From Chloropicon primus (lineage: Eukaryota): a stretch of DNA of 64,000 bases. The DNA lies in assembly GCA_023205875.1 (NCBI GenBank), contig CP060754.1:1116001-1180000 (forward strand), given 5' to 3'. The notes below the pieces were generated by a model. That model was given only the letters and a program-made list of their open reading frames with translations, ran no database searches and was not told where the DNA came from. Below are positions 20,408-33,172 of the stretch, one piece after another (position 1 is the stretch's first letter; every line of letters starts with the position of its first letter). Both the position numbers and the translations under genes were made by a program.

Positions 20408-23398
20408 CTAACCGGAACAGAGGTCTTTGAATCTTTCTGAAAGCTCGCCACCGAGCTTCAGCGTTCCCTTGCTGACACGCTCTTGGAGCATCGCAACCAC
20501 TTGAGCCTTATTGACTGGGTCGGCGCTCCACAGCCTCGACCTCCTGGCAGCTTCCGGATCCTCCTCCCCTGAGGAGTAAATCGCGTAGTCTTCCAAGTCT
20601 TCGCCCTCGTGCCACTCCTGCGCTACGTCAATGTGCTCGAGGGAGTTTGGCATCTTGAACTCCTGCCCGATGTAAAGCACAAAATCCAAAATCTGATCGA
20701 GTCTCGACTGGAGAGATGAGTGGTTGGTGTCCAGAGCAAGGATCAACCCAACGCAGAGCAACTTCCTCTTCAAGGCAGACGAGGACGCGTACGCTTTCTC
20801 CGTCCAGACGTAAATTAGTCTTCCAAACAGAAGGTCCTCATTTCCCCCCAACCTCTCTTTGGCAAACTTGGCCAACATCTGCGAGAAGAACGCCAAATTT
20901 GTGATAGCCAGCCTTGCGAATACGCACACGATATGAACGAGGGCTTCGTCTGATTCTTGCTCCTGCATGAGCCTATGCAACAAGGAGCCCCAAACACCTT
21001 CTAACAACGCAAGCTCGCTTTGCGGGAAGACTTGCAGAATCACGTCAAAGATTGGAGTCACCATCGTCATGCCCCGGCTATTGACTGCGTTGGTGAGCTC
21101 AAAAAGCGTCTGGAAGATGTTCATGTGGTGAACCTGCAGGAAGGGCAGCCCTCCCACTAAGATGAACCCTTCGAGTACCTTTGCTGCGACAGGCAAATAT
21201 TCCGTCGACCTTTGCATATGCTTCGAAACAAAGAGCGACATCTCGGCGAGTTGTGGGTTGATCTCAACTGCAAATTGCAAGACAGAGCGCAAGAGCAGCA
21301 GGCCGTCTTCGAATATGGATACGCTCTCTGGTCCATCAGGGTTTACGCTGTAATGCAACAAGGGGATCACAATGTTGTAGGTCGACACACTGGACGCCCC
21401 GAGACACTGCATCATTCTATGCATCGCGTTGAGAATTTGGATCTTCAGCAAGCTTTGATCCTCTGCTTTCTGCCACACTTCTGGAATCATTGCGACGATG
21501 TCGTTCGCAAAGGGCTTCACGCGTGGGCCCATCCTTTCTAGTATGAGGCACAAGACATTGAATGATTGCACCTGCGAATCAAAGTCGTAGGCGTGCTGGA
21601 TTATGAGAAGGAGGTTGTGCAATGCCTGCTGCATGTACGGGTGGAATTGATCCTCGTGGAAGTTCCAGTCATCGATGAACACTTTAAGCACAGCGCAAGC
21701 GGCCAACTTGATCACCACGTCCTCGCAAGGCAACAACTGGTGCATCAGAAGGTTGTATACCTGCGGTCTCATGTCTTCCGGCACGTCCGCAACCCATGCG
21801 GCTAGTAGGTAGGCGACCCTTCTAACAATGATTTTGTTCTCCTCCCTCTGCAGAGACAAGTCCTTCACAAGCTGGCCGTCAAAAAACGCTTTGAAATTCA
21901 CGCAGTCATGCAAGTCGTACGCAGCTAAACACATGGCATTGTAGAGCGATTCTTTCAGGAGCAAACTCTCGAAGCTGCTAACGTTTGCTCCAGACGCGCT
22001 TTCCACTTCATTGACCAGCTTCATGAGGATCGACACCGTCTGCTCCTTGAACGTTTCCAGGAATTTACACAGCAATTTCTCGCTTTCACTTCTCAGGGTC
22101 TCGTTGAAGTTGCCCAAGTCATTCTCGTGGTGAAATTCTTCGGGCGAAACTTGCCACTTCTCCAAGTCATCCTCTTTGAGGGCCATGTGGACACTCACTA
22201 CAGTGTAGATCATCTGTTGGATTCTCTCCGCGCAGAAAAAGTTGCTCAAGAGCTGCTGAGCACCCTCGACCAGCTGGCGCTTCGAGGGATCAGCCTCCCG
22301 GTGCACCGAACTCCTGTACGCGGAGGACCTCATAATGGACTGCATCACGGCCATGCTGAGCATGCAAATATCCTCGACAAATATGGGACTGGCACCGGTT
22401 TGGCCCCCGTGCGCACTCGAGTTGGGCCGGCTAGATATGTTGAAGAACAGGTACTCTAGCGCGGGCACGGATGTTTCCACTATGATGAACGACCAAGGGT
22501 GAACTTCTACCATGTCCCTCAAAAGCTTCAAAATTTTCAGCATCCCTCTCAAGACTTGCGGGCCGCACTGGGGTGCAAACGCCTGGCTCGTCGTGCCTAG
22601 CAGGGTCGCGGCGTATTGCTGGTGAATCACTTTGAGAATTTCTAGCGTTTGCGGCACCACCTCTTTGAACTGCGGGTGGACTTGATACGTTTTTGCGTCC
22701 GAGGGAAACCCGGAAACGAGCAAACGCTTCATGCACTTGGCGCACAAGTGCCACACCTGGCACAGCAAAAGCTTGTTCCCCTCCGCGTTCCCGGTCCTAA
22801 GGGCATTCGCCACCTCCTCGCTCGCCCTGCAGAACAGGCCCCACACGACCGGAAGCAGCTGCTGAGATAATTCCTGGAAAGCCCTCCGACCCGCGGGAAG
22901 CCTCTTCGAAGCGAGCTCTTTCATCACGCAGTGCAACACGTACATGTTCCTCTTCGTGCTCACGTCCTCCAGCTGCTGGGCCCCGGCGCCAGCCCCGCCG
23001 CTGGACCCCTGAGCTCCCAGTTTCTGGAGAAGCAAGGGGAAAAGCTCCTGCCATTCCTCGGGGAAATCGTACCTTGCTATCCTCCCGATACCAAGGGAAA
23101 GGTGCACCGCAACGCCATCAGCCACCACGCCTCCCACCTGATCCAGCAGCTGCGACCTCAGGTGAACCTTCTCCTCCGCAGACGTGTCCCTCCACAGTTT
23201 GGAGATCCCGTGCTTCAGGGTAATGCCAGCCAGCTCTCTCGCCCCTCCCCCGCTCTCAGCCTCCAATGCGACCTGCAGCAGGCACGAAAGGTACCCCACC
23301 TGATTCTCCAGCGTACGAAGCACTTGCTGCCCGTGGTTCCGGGCCTCGTCGTGAATGCTCAGTGATGCCTGGAGAGCACCCTTCAGCTCGGCATACAT
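20408..23398 (-). CDS. IPO11: Importin-11 (karyopherin-beta family)
   Basis: IBN_N-like start (LAGITLKHGISKLWR), IGRIARYDFPEEWQELF, KELASKRL, LLKESLYNA. Confidence 0.85.
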   Translation of the reverse strand: MYAELKGALQASLSIHDEARNHGQQVLRTLENQVGYLSCLLQVALEAESGGGARELAGITLKHGISKLWRDTSAEEKVHLRSQLLDQVGGVVADGVAVHLSLGIGRIARYDFPEEWQELFPLLLQKLGAQGSSGGAGAGAQQLEDVSTKRNMYVLHCVMKELASKRLPAGRRAFQELSQQLLPVVWGLFCRASEEVANALRTGNAEGNKLLLCQVWHLCAKCMKRLLVSGFPSDAKTYQVHPQFKEVVPQTLEILKVIHQQYAATLLGTTSQAFAPQCGPQVLRGMLKILKLLRDMVEVHPWSFIIVETSVPALEYLFFNISSRPNSSAHGGQTGASPIFVEDICMLSMAVMQSIMRSSAYRSSVHREADPSKRQLVEGAQQLLSNFFCAERIQQMIYTVVSVHMALKEDDLEKWQVSPEEFHHENDLGNFNETLRSESEKLLCKFLETFKEQTVSILMKLVNEVESASGANVSSFESLLLKESLYNAMCLAAYDLHDCVNFKAFFDGQLVKDLSLQREENKIIVRRVAYLLAAWVADVPEDMRPQVYNLLMHQLLPCEDVVIKLAACAVLKVFIDDWNFHEDQFHPYMQQALHNLLLIIQHAYDFDSQVQSFNVLCLILERMGPRVKPFANDIVAMIPEVWQKAEDQSLLKIQILNAMHRMMQCLGASSVSTYNIVIPLLHYSVNPDGPESVSIFEDGLLLLRSVLQFAVEINPQLAEMSLFVSKHMQRSTEYLPVAAKVLEGFILVGGLPFLQVHHMNIFQTLFELTNAVNSRGMTMVTPIFDVILQVFPQSELALLEGVWGSLLHRLMQEQESDEALVHIVCVFARLAITNLAFFSQMLAKFAKERLGGNEDLLFGRLIYVWTEKAYASSSALKRKLLCVGLILALDTNHSSLQSRLDQILDFVLYIGQEFKMPNSLEHIDVAQEWHEGEDLEDYAIYSSGEEDPEAARRSRLWSADPVNKAQVVAMLQERVSKGTLKLGGELSERFKDLCSG

Positions 23399-23522
23399 CT
23401 TCACCTTCGATTACGAAAGACGCAAATGCCTCAACCGGAATGCCCGTCCACCGTCTTCCTCGTCCTCCGCCTCCGGTGGGTCTGATCTGGGGTCTCCTCT
23501 CGTCAAAATCTTCCACCGAGGA

Positions 23523-23796
23523 GTCAATCGAAAGATTATGAGGTGATCCACCTGAAACACGCGTTCCCTCCCCCGTCCCTCCCCTCCCCTTCCTCCTGGA
23601 CCCCGCCAAAGTCCCTCTGTCCGTCGATCAGTTCGACCACGCCCTGCCAAAGTTTCCTCGATTTCGGCTCCCTCGACCACGCCAAATGCGTCAAGGAGGG
23701 TGTCAATCGAAAGATCGTGAGCTGAACCACCTGAAAACCGCGTCCCCTCCCCCGTCCCTCCCCTCCCCTTCCCCCTGTACACCGCCAAAGTCCCTC
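23523..23796. repeat. Diverged ~95-bp direct repeat (period 179)
   Basis: gtcaatcgaaagat...ccacctgaaa...ccgccaaagtccctc at 23523-23617 and 23702-23796. Confidence 0.85.
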
Positions 23797-23830
23797 CGTT
23801 CCCTCGTGTTGGCCTCCCTCCCCCCAAGGC

Positions 23831-23871
<41 letters not shown>

Positions 23872-23941
23872 GCCTGGAGGTCGAGGCGTTATATTGAGAG
23901 AGGAGTCGGAGTCGACGAAGGGCGGGGCGAGGGAGAGACGG

Positions 23942-24214
23942 AGGGGGTGCGAGGGGACAGGGGAGGGGTCGGGTATCGTTTTGTCTGTACGTTTTGTCGT
24001 GGACCTCTTTCCCGTCGCCGAAGATCTTTCGTGTCGAGTGAGAGAGAGGGGATTGGAGTGAGGCGAGGGGGAGGGGGAGGGCAGAGGAAGGGAGGGGGGT
24101 AGACGCGACAGGGGGTGCGAGGAGACAGATCAGGGGTCGGTTATCGCTTTGTCTGTACAGTTTGGCGTTGAAATCGTTCTGTTGTCCTTAGATCTTTCGT
24201 GTCGAGCGAGAGAG
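23942..24214. repeat. Diverged ~105-bp direct repeat (period ~168)
   Basis: agggggtgcgagg...tttgtctgtac...agatctttcgtgtcgag at ~23942-24046 and ~24110-24214. Confidence 0.8.
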
Positions 24215-24231
24215 TGGTTGGTGTTTGGATT

Positions 24232-25803
24232 ATGGGGACCAAGGGAGGAGCTTGGGAGGGCGTGGAGGACTTGGAGGGAACGCTTCACTATGACGTGCTT
24301 GGGATTGAGAGGAAGGCGAGTGCCGAGGAGGTCAAAAGAGCGTTCAGGGAGAAGGCGCGGTTGCATCACCCGGATAAGAGGGGGGGCTGCGCGGAGAAGT
24401 TTGCTCAAGTCAAGAGGGCGTACGACGTCCTCGGGGACGAGGAGAGGCGGAAGGTTTATGACACGTGGCAGAAGCATGTGGAATTTCGGCACGTCAAGGG
24501 GGTCGCCGGGAGGTTCGACGGTGGCGAGGATCTCATGCTGGACGAGTTCGAGAAGAAGATGACCCTCGACGGCCTTGAGGTGGACCCTTACACCCAGCTC
24601 GTCGTGGTCTGTGAAGTTTGCGGGCGCCCCGCAACGACCCAGTGCTGGACTTGCAAGATGAACATCTGTGAGTTCTGCACCCTGAAGCGCCACTGGAAGG
24701 GCGAGTTCGGACTCCACTGGCCGCTGGTGAACAAGCCGGGCCACATGCTGGAGCAGCTCGGCAGGAAAGAGATGGAGAAGAAGAGGCTGGAGGACGCCAG
24801 GAGGCTTGAGCTTGAGGACCCCAACTTCAGGAACGACTTCGAGCTCAAGGAAATCAGAAACTTCAAGGACGTGGCTTACGAGCTCATCCAGGATCTTGGG
24901 GACCAGGCGAGGCTGACATACGATCTCAGAATCGCAAAGTACTACATGTGGGCCCAGACCAGTTCTTACGTTTATCTCGCGGTCTACGTGCCCACGGGAT
25001 ACCAGGACCAAGAGGTCTCCTTCGAGTGCAACACTCGCGAGGTGAAGCTTCAGCCAGAAAAGTCCCCGCCAGTGATACACAGGGTCCTCGACGGGGCGAT
25101 CTCCAGCGAATTCCCGATACAGGTGAGGCGGAGCGAAGATAACAGGATATTCACGGCAGCTCTGCCCAAGGCGGATCCTGGCGAGTCGTGGAAAAGGCTC
25201 TTCCGGGGCGACCCCGACGGGGCAAGGTGCTTGGAGCCCCCGTACACCATCGCGGAGGACAAGGACAATGTGATCTTGGAAGTGGAACTGCCATTCTGGA
25301 TTGAGGCCGAAGACGTCGACGTCAGCATCGGTTCGCACCACTTGCTTGTGCGGGTCAAAAACCAGTTGAGCCTGAGCAAGACGTACTGGAGGAACAGGGC
25401 AGAGGAGAAGAAGAATCCGGAGAAGTACCACGTCGTGGATGTTGATGAAAGCATGTGGTGTCTGGACGAGGAGGAGTCCTCCAAATGCCTGCTGATCAAT
25501 TTGGTGAAGCCCCCTCTCACCGAGTCTGAGATCAGGTGGAAGAAGGGAAGGAGGAACGACAACCTGAATGCCGAGCGCAACGGGGACAGGGTGAGAAAAG
25601 GTTTCAGGTTTTTCGTGGATGATGAGGACGACTTTCAGTTGGAGAGCGTTCTGGAGGCGCTCTGCTTCCTCGAGACGGGCTCCGCCTTTGTTCCCAAGAA
25701 GCCTTGGGACCATGGAGGCACCACGAAGAGGGTGAGCGACGTGGAGTGTCTTCCCGAGGACGCCAAGGACGTCTTGGGCACCCTTCTAGATAGCGACCTG
25801 TGA
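24232..25803 (+). CDS. J-domain protein with B-box-like zinc finger and two CS/p23-like domains
   Basis: HYDVLG...HHPDK J domain; CEVC...CWTC...CEFC..RH; YMWAQTSSYVYLAVYVP; YTIAEDKDNVILEVELP. Confidence 0.85.
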   Translation: MGTKGGAWEGVEDLEGTLHYDVLGIERKASAEEVKRAFREKARLHHPDKRGGCAEKFAQVKRAYDVLGDEERRKVYDTWQKHVEFRHVKGVAGRFDGGEDLMLDEFEKKMTLDGLEVDPYTQLVVVCEVCGRPATTQCWTCKMNICEFCTLKRHWKGEFGLHWPLVNKPGHMLEQLGRKEMEKKRLEDARRLELEDPNFRNDFELKEIRNFKDVAYELIQDLGDQARLTYDLRIAKYYMWAQTSSYVYLAVYVPTGYQDQEVSFECNTREVKLQPEKSPPVIHRVLDGAISSEFPIQVRRSEDNRIFTAALPKADPGESWKRLFRGDPDGARCLEPPYTIAEDKDNVILEVELPFWIEAEDVDVSIGSHHLLVRVKNQLSLSKTYWRNRAEEKKNPEKYHVVDVDESMWCLDEEESSKCLLINLVKPPLTESEIRWKKGRRNDNLNAERNGDRVRKGFRFFVDDEDDFQLESVLEALCFLETGSAFVPKKPWDHGGTTKRVSDVECLPEDAKDVLGTLLDSDL

Positions 25804-25917
25804 CAACGGTGTTTGTCAAAAAAAAAATTAAAAAAAAAGGCTTACTCTTTCTCGCGCACAAAATGCATCATTCAAAACTTTTCAAGCACGGCGCCTCCGC
25901 CGTGCTCGAACCTGGCG

Positions 25918-26832
25918 TCAGTGGAATAATTGGTTGTCCTCGTCCTCCTCGTCCCCGACGTTTTCGTACTTCACCATTTGGACTTGCGGGCGGTCCCGAT
26001 GGCGCTTCTTCCTGTACGCCACGAAGGACGCGCAGGCGCAGACCGCCAAGGCGCATGCCAAAAAGGGGATGGAGGCGAGGGCCCAGCCCACATTGTCCCC
26101 GCAACCTTCCTCCCCACGAATGGACGCCGAGAGAATGAAATCAAGCCTTGGGAACTCCCTCTCGAGGTACGCCTCGCCCTGGGAGTACAAGAGCGTCTCG
26201 TTCACGCCGTGGCAAGTGTTGTTCTTCTCGGGGTGCAGTGAGCACGCGTCGACCATTTCGCCGTACAGATCGTAGAACGCGTCCACGACTTCCAGTCCGC
26301 TCGCCACCCGCCCCACGGGCGCAAACCCGTGGGCATCCAACCTGCTGTTGTTCAGGTAATTGATGTACAGCTCCGTAGTCCTGTTGACGGCCATCTCCTT
26401 CTCGCTGTACGCCGCGCTGAAGGACACGGTCCCCCTCTCGTTGGACGCCACGACGGCGTCGTCCGGTAGGATGGTGCCGTCCACGTCGTTCCTGTAGTCG
26501 TACACCGCGCTGATTTCCGGGTCGGGGCTCACGCCGAACTGGCACACCCAGTTCTTCAGGACCCTGTAAAACCTCGCGCCCCTCTCGTACCCCCCCCCTT
26601 TGTCAAAAAACCCGTTCCGGACCAGGTTGAAGACCCTGTCCACCCCGTGGCTCGCCCAGTCTCGCGTGAACACCACGGAGAACTCGCCCTTGGACGTTCG
26701 GAAGTCGACAATGAATTCCTCAGGAGCCCGATCCCTCATCCCCTCCGACGAGGGGCTCATGAGATTGCGCCTCTTCTCCGAAGGCGTCCTGCATGATGGT
26801 GATGTTGATGGTGATGTTGATGATGAAGTCAT
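25918..26832 (-). CDS. Cyclophilin-type PPIase-like protein with C-terminal TM helix
   Basis: FRTSKGEF, FYRVLKNWVCQFG, SNERGTVSF, FAPVGRV; TM ALASIPFLACALAVCACASFVAY; 5' structure uncertain. Confidence 0.8.
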   Translation of the reverse strand: MTSSSTSPSTSPSCRTPSEKRRNLMSPSSEGMRDRAPEEFIVDFRTSKGEFSVVFTRDWASHGVDRVFNLVRNGFFDKGGGYERGARFYRVLKNWVCQFGVSPDPEISAVYDYRNDVDGTILPDDAVVASNERGTVSFSAAYSEKEMAVNRTTELYINYLNNSRLDAHGFAPVGRVASGLEVVDAFYDLYGEMVDACSLHPEKNNTCHGVNETLLYSQGEAYLEREFPRLDFILSASIRGEEGCGDNVGWALASIPFLACALAVCACASFVAYRKKRHRDRPQVQMVKYENVGDEEDEDNQLFH

Positions 26833-27315
26833 GTTGATGCTGGTGGTCTCCTCGACAACAAAAGCAAAAGTCCTCTCCTCCCCCTTTTGCTTCCGCTGCT
26901 GTGCAGCTGCCCCTCGCCCCACCGACCTTTTCTGGACCAATCCGGCGCCAAACGAGTCGAACAAGGTGTCTACGGAAAGACCGCGAGACACTAAATCTCG
27001 TTACCTCCTCTAACCCACCTCCACCTTCCTCCTCCGCGCTCCCTTCCCCGTCCAAGCCAAGCCAAAAGCGCTCCTCGATGCGAATGGATCCCAAGGGCGT
27101 GACAAATGGTGTCCCCCTTTTTACACTTCCCTTCGAAAAAAGTAATGATCCGAATGAGGTTTGCTTCATTCGGATCCTCCGCTCTGGCGGCGGCGCCGGT
27201 TTTCCATTTCGTGTTCTCAACAAAGGATTAGCACTCTCTCGTCTGGGCGAGGGAAAAAACAATCCGAAGAGAGAGAGAGAGAGAAGCAGAACGCCAAGTG
27301 AGACCGAGCGCAAAC

Positions 27316-27464
27316 ATGACGGAGGTTCAGGTAAGACGACGACAACGACGACGACGACAGGAGGAGGAGAACGAGGACGAGGAGGAGGATAGACGAGTCT
27401 GCGTTGCGGTTTTGTCCTTTCCTTTCCTTTTCTTTTCTTTTCTTTTTGCGCGGCGCGCTCGTGT

Positions 27465-27498
<34 letters not shown>

Positions 27499-28110
27499 GG
27501 GTGGGGATCCCCTTGGCGTGGCTTTTGCTTTTGCTTTGGGTTTGGTCCGAGGAGGGTGTGCAGAGGTGCGAGAGTGTCGAGGAGAAGGCGCTGACTTGTT
27601 TTGTTTTTTGTTTTTTGTTTTGTTTTTTTACTTCCTGCGCTGCAGAGTGAGAGAGCGTACCTTAAGCAGAGCCATATTGGTACTGCGCAGCTCAAGGGTA
27701 TCTTCAAGAAGAGGACCCCGGGAAAGGACGGATACAGGTACTACAAGAATGTGGGACTTGGATTCAAGACCCCTAGAGAGGCGATCGAGGGAACCTACAT
27801 CGACAAGAAGTGCCCCTTCACCGGAGACGTTTCCATCAGGGGTAGGATTTTGCAGGGGGTTGTGAAGTCTACCAAGATGAACCGCACCATTATCATTCGT
27901 AGGGACTACCTTCACTTCATCAAGAAGTACCAGCGTTACGAGAAGAGGCACAAGAACATAGCCGTGCACCTCTCCCCTGCCTTCCGTTGCAAGGAGGGTG
28001 ACACCGTCATTGTCGGACAGTGCAGGCCTCTCTCGAAGACTGTGAGGTTCAACGTCCTCAAGGTCATCCCAGCCGGATCCAAGGCCGTGAAGGGATTCTC
28101 TTCCTACTAA
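27316..28110 (+). CDS. RPS11: 40S ribosomal protein S11 (uS17), 2 exons
   Basis: Exon 1 27316-27330 (MTEVQ), intron 27331-27645, exon 2 SERAYLKQ...[10 protein letters not shown]...[14 protein letters not shown]. Confidence 0.97.
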
Positions 28111-28167
28111 CTATATCAATAGGACTTTTAATGTAGTATTGAACTGAATTAAAAAAAAGTCGTGGGC

Positions 28168-29721
28168 TCACACCGCGCCCTTCTTCAGGTACAGCAGCTC
28201 GGTGTTCTTCTTCTTGTTTACGATATCGGGGTACTCCAGGGTCATCTCCCTCGCTCCGGACAGGATGTTGTCCACTGCCTCGACCCCAAGCATGCAGCTG
28301 TGGTCCTGGTTGGCCACCTCGTACTTCCAAGACCCGAACCTTCCGCGGTTCCAGATGTTGTGCTTCCTGAGGTGCGGAAGGGCCTCCTCCAGCACGGAGT
28401 TCCTCCCCACGGAGGGCGTGGGGTACCCGTAAAAGAGCCTCCTGTGGTAAATGGACACGATCTCGCAGTCCGCCGTCGTCAGCTTCGTGTTGATCGCCCC
28501 CATGATGGTGTCCCTGACCACGTCGGGCCAGGTCCCCGCGGTGCCGCCGAGCTTCACGGGGTCCTGGTTTACGAACTTCTTCTCGCTCTCGCTGACCTCG
28601 AACATCAGGGACCACCAAGGGCCCTCCCTGTCCCCCTTGAGGTTGTCTGGGACGTCGGATCCGTCCCCCATGCACAACGTAGGCAGCTTCTTGGAGGACT
28701 CCGGGCAGTTCTTCTCGGCGTAGTTGGAGAAGATGGTGACCCTGTAGAACGGGCAGTTGTCCTCCGGGAAGTAGAGCCAGCACTTGAGGCCGTGGGGGCA
28801 CTTGCCCCTGATTCCCAGGCCAATGATGTGGGAGCTCGAGTGGAAGAGCCCGTCCGTGGTGTTGCTGGAGAGCTCGGGCCTCCCCGTGAAGGTGCACATG
28901 ATGTCCAACGGGATGGTGGACAGAAGGGCCTTGTACTTGATCCTCCTGCCGTCCTTGAGGGTCGCGACCTGGGCGTCCTTGTCGATCCCCGTCACCTCCA
29001 TGTTGGGACCGTACTGCTGCTTGTCCTTGGGCAGGAGCTTGGCGACGCCCTTCCAGATCGCGCCGGTGCCCCCCTCCTTGGGGAACCTGAAGATCGCGTT
29101 TGGACCCCAGTTGCCCTCCTCCTTGTTGTTCAGGACGTTCGCGATCGCCTTGCTCACGTTCACGGTCGCGACCCTCTCGCCGAGCCAGGCGCACTGCATG
29201 TCAGGGGTCGGCACGGCCCACACCTTGTAGTTGTAAGGCCTCATGAAGATGTTGGCGATGCCTTCGCCCATCACCCTCAGGATCCACTCGTCGAAGTGCT
29301 TGGGCTTGTCCTGGGCGGTCGCCACCCTGACCTTGGCGTCGACCAGGCCCTCCAGGCAGGTGATCTGGTCCTCCTTCGGCAGGGCGCTAATGTTGTTCTG
29401 GAACGGGTACGCCACCCACCTGTCCTTGATCCACACGTACGACACCCTCTGCATTGTGTTCCAGTGCGCGTCCCCCACCCCAATCGCCGCGTCGATGAGC
29501 TCGTCAAAGTACTGGTAGTGGCTGAAGATCACGTGCCCACCCATGTCGTACAGGAACCCCTCCGGGGTCACATCCGTGCAAGCCAACCCACCCGGCTCGT
29601 CAAACTTGTCGATCAACATCCAGTCCTCGTACCCGAGCTGGTTCAGCCTCGTGGCAGCCCCGAGCCCCGTCGGCCCCGCACCCACCACCAGCACCCCAAC
29701 CTCCTCCATCCCTTTCCCCAT
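28168..29721 (-). CDS. glf: Eukaryotic-type UDP-galactopyranose mutase
   Basis: GAGPTGLGAA FAD motif, DMGGHVIFSHY, FMRPYNYKVW, WLGERVA, RGRFGSWKYEVANQDHS. Confidence 0.92.
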   Translation of the reverse strand: MGKGMEEVGVLVVGAGPTGLGAATRLNQLGYEDWMLIDKFDEPGGLACTDVTPEGFLYDMGGHVIFSHYQYFDELIDAAIGVGDAHWNTMQRVSYVWIKDRWVAYPFQNNISALPKEDQITCLEGLVDAKVRVATAQDKPKHFDEWILRVMGEGIANIFMRPYNYKVWAVPTPDMQCAWLGERVATVNVSKAIANVLNNKEEGNWGPNAIFRFPKEGGTGAIWKGVAKLLPKDKQQYGPNMEVTGIDKDAQVATLKDGRRIKYKALLSTIPLDIMCTFTGRPELSSNTTDGLFHSSSHIIGLGIRGKCPHGLKCWLYFPEDNCPFYRVTIFSNYAEKNCPESSKKLPTLCMGDGSDVPDNLKGDREGPWWSLMFEVSESEKKFVNQDPVKLGGTAGTWPDVVRDTIMGAINTKLTTADCEIVSIYHRRLFYGYPTPSVGRNSVLEEALPHLRKHNIWNRGRFGSWKYEVANQDHSCMLGVEAVDNILSGAREMTLEYPDIVNKKKNTELLYLKKGAV

Positions 29722-30310
29722 CACAAACCAACCAAGCCACTCAACCGATTCCAATCCAAATCCAAACCTCCTCGTGTCGTCCTCTTGCTCTCGTCGTCGT
29801 CCTCCTCTCTCCCTCTCTCGTCATCCCCCTCGGCTGTCGTCGCTTTGTGTCCACCATCCAACAAGATGAGGGGCTCAGATTCGTTCGAAGAAGATAAGAA
29901 GATAATTCTACACTAGACGTTAAATATACAAGACTCGTTCGATACCGGTAGAAGTAACGTCTCCTGACGATCGTTCGAGGAAGCTTTGCAGTTTGGTTTT
30001 CTGGGAGGTGACTGTGTTAACGGCCGAGGTGGGTCTGGATTGATATGGATATGCCAAGGCCGTCTTCTTCTCCGTACCGTACCATCGTTCTGTTCCGTCT
30101 GTGTGTTTAATTCTTACCCTCTTTCTCGACGGCGACGGTCTTCTTCTTCTTAACTCGAGGTCTCTCTCTCTCTCTCTTCCCGAGGAGGGGCTACACTTTG
30201 TAACGGAAGGTGGGTTGGGTTCGTGTTGTGACGTGTGATGGTGTCCTCGCGGTTGGGTTCGTCGTGGCCCCGATCCTGCCTCGCGTTCTGAGCAGACTTG
30301 GAAGCGTACT

Positions 30311-31425
30311 ATGATGGCAGCAGCAGCACGCCGCGACGACGATGGGTCGTCGTCCTCAAAGTCCACGACGACTCGCAGCAGCTGGCTCCCCTCGTCCAAG
30401 GCTTCCGCCTCGCGGGGTTCGTCCCTTGGGACGAGCGTGGACATCCTCCGCCAGGCGACCTTGAAGCAGGTCAAGGGGTCCGTCAAGCGGCTGAGCGTCA
30501 TCCTGGGGAACACCTTCGTGGCGCTCCGGGACTCGGTCCGCTCCTTCGCTCTCAAGCACCCGGAGGCGGACCACTTCTTCAAGACCCTCGACTTTCGCAG
30601 GATGGTGTACGACGACGTCTCCGTGCTCGACGCGGTCGACCACGCCGCCATGCTGAAGGGGCGAACGATGGGGAAGGCGACCCTGAGCCGCGCGACGATC
30701 GCAAAGTTCCTGATCGCTCGCAAGTACGACCTCGGCAAGGCCCACGAGATGCTCGCGGGCTACCTCGAGTGGAGGCTCACTCACAGCTGCGTGGAGGACG
30801 AGCAAGTCGCAAAGTCGCTCGAGCAGGACAAGGTTTTTGTCCTCAGGAACACCGACAAGGGAGGCCACGTCTGCGTGGTCATCGCCGTCCGCAAGCACCT
30901 GATGCACGACGTGACGCTCGAGGAGACCACGAGGTTCATCGTCTACGTCATCGACAAGGTGGCGCAAACTTTCCTTCGGAAGAAAAAATCCATGGACAAG
31001 CTGACCTGCATCATCGATTTGCAGGACATCGGCTACAAAAACTTGGGTGAGTTGGATCAATTTTTTTCCCCTTTTCTCCTTTCGGGGGCGTTTTGGACTG
31101 AAATCTCATCTCTTGGTCGCACTCATCCTCCCCGCCAGACGGCGACGCCCTTAAGACCATCCTCCAGCTCTTGCAGAACTTCTACCCGGAGACATTGGCG
31201 CTCATGGTTCTGTGGAAGCCGCCCACCATCTTTTGGATCGTGTACAAAATGATCGTACCTTTCGTGGATCCGAAGACCAAAGGCAAGATTCTGATGGCGT
31301 ACAACACCAAGGACCTCTCCAAGCACTTTCACGCGAAGAGAGTCCCGGCCAGCTTGGGCGGCACAGGGCCAGAAGATCTTCTCGTCAGCATCAAGGGCCT
31401 GCAGAGGGAAGACGTGCGTTACTGA
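30311..31425 (+). CDS. CRAL-TRIO (Sec14-like) lipid-binding protein, 2 exons
   Basis: KFLIARKYD...YLEWR, IIDLQDIGYKN, QNFYPETL, PFVDPKTKGKI, VPASLGG; intron 31047-31138. Confidence 0.88.
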
Positions 31426-31528
31426 TCGCGCGCCGCGGGCAGTTCCGGGCCGTTTCGTCTGGCGCGGACCAGCTCTGTGCTCGGGGTGGAGCGCAGATCC
31501 GAGGCTCAATCGTAGGCTCCCGCATTGA

Positions 31529-33172
<1,644 letters not shown>

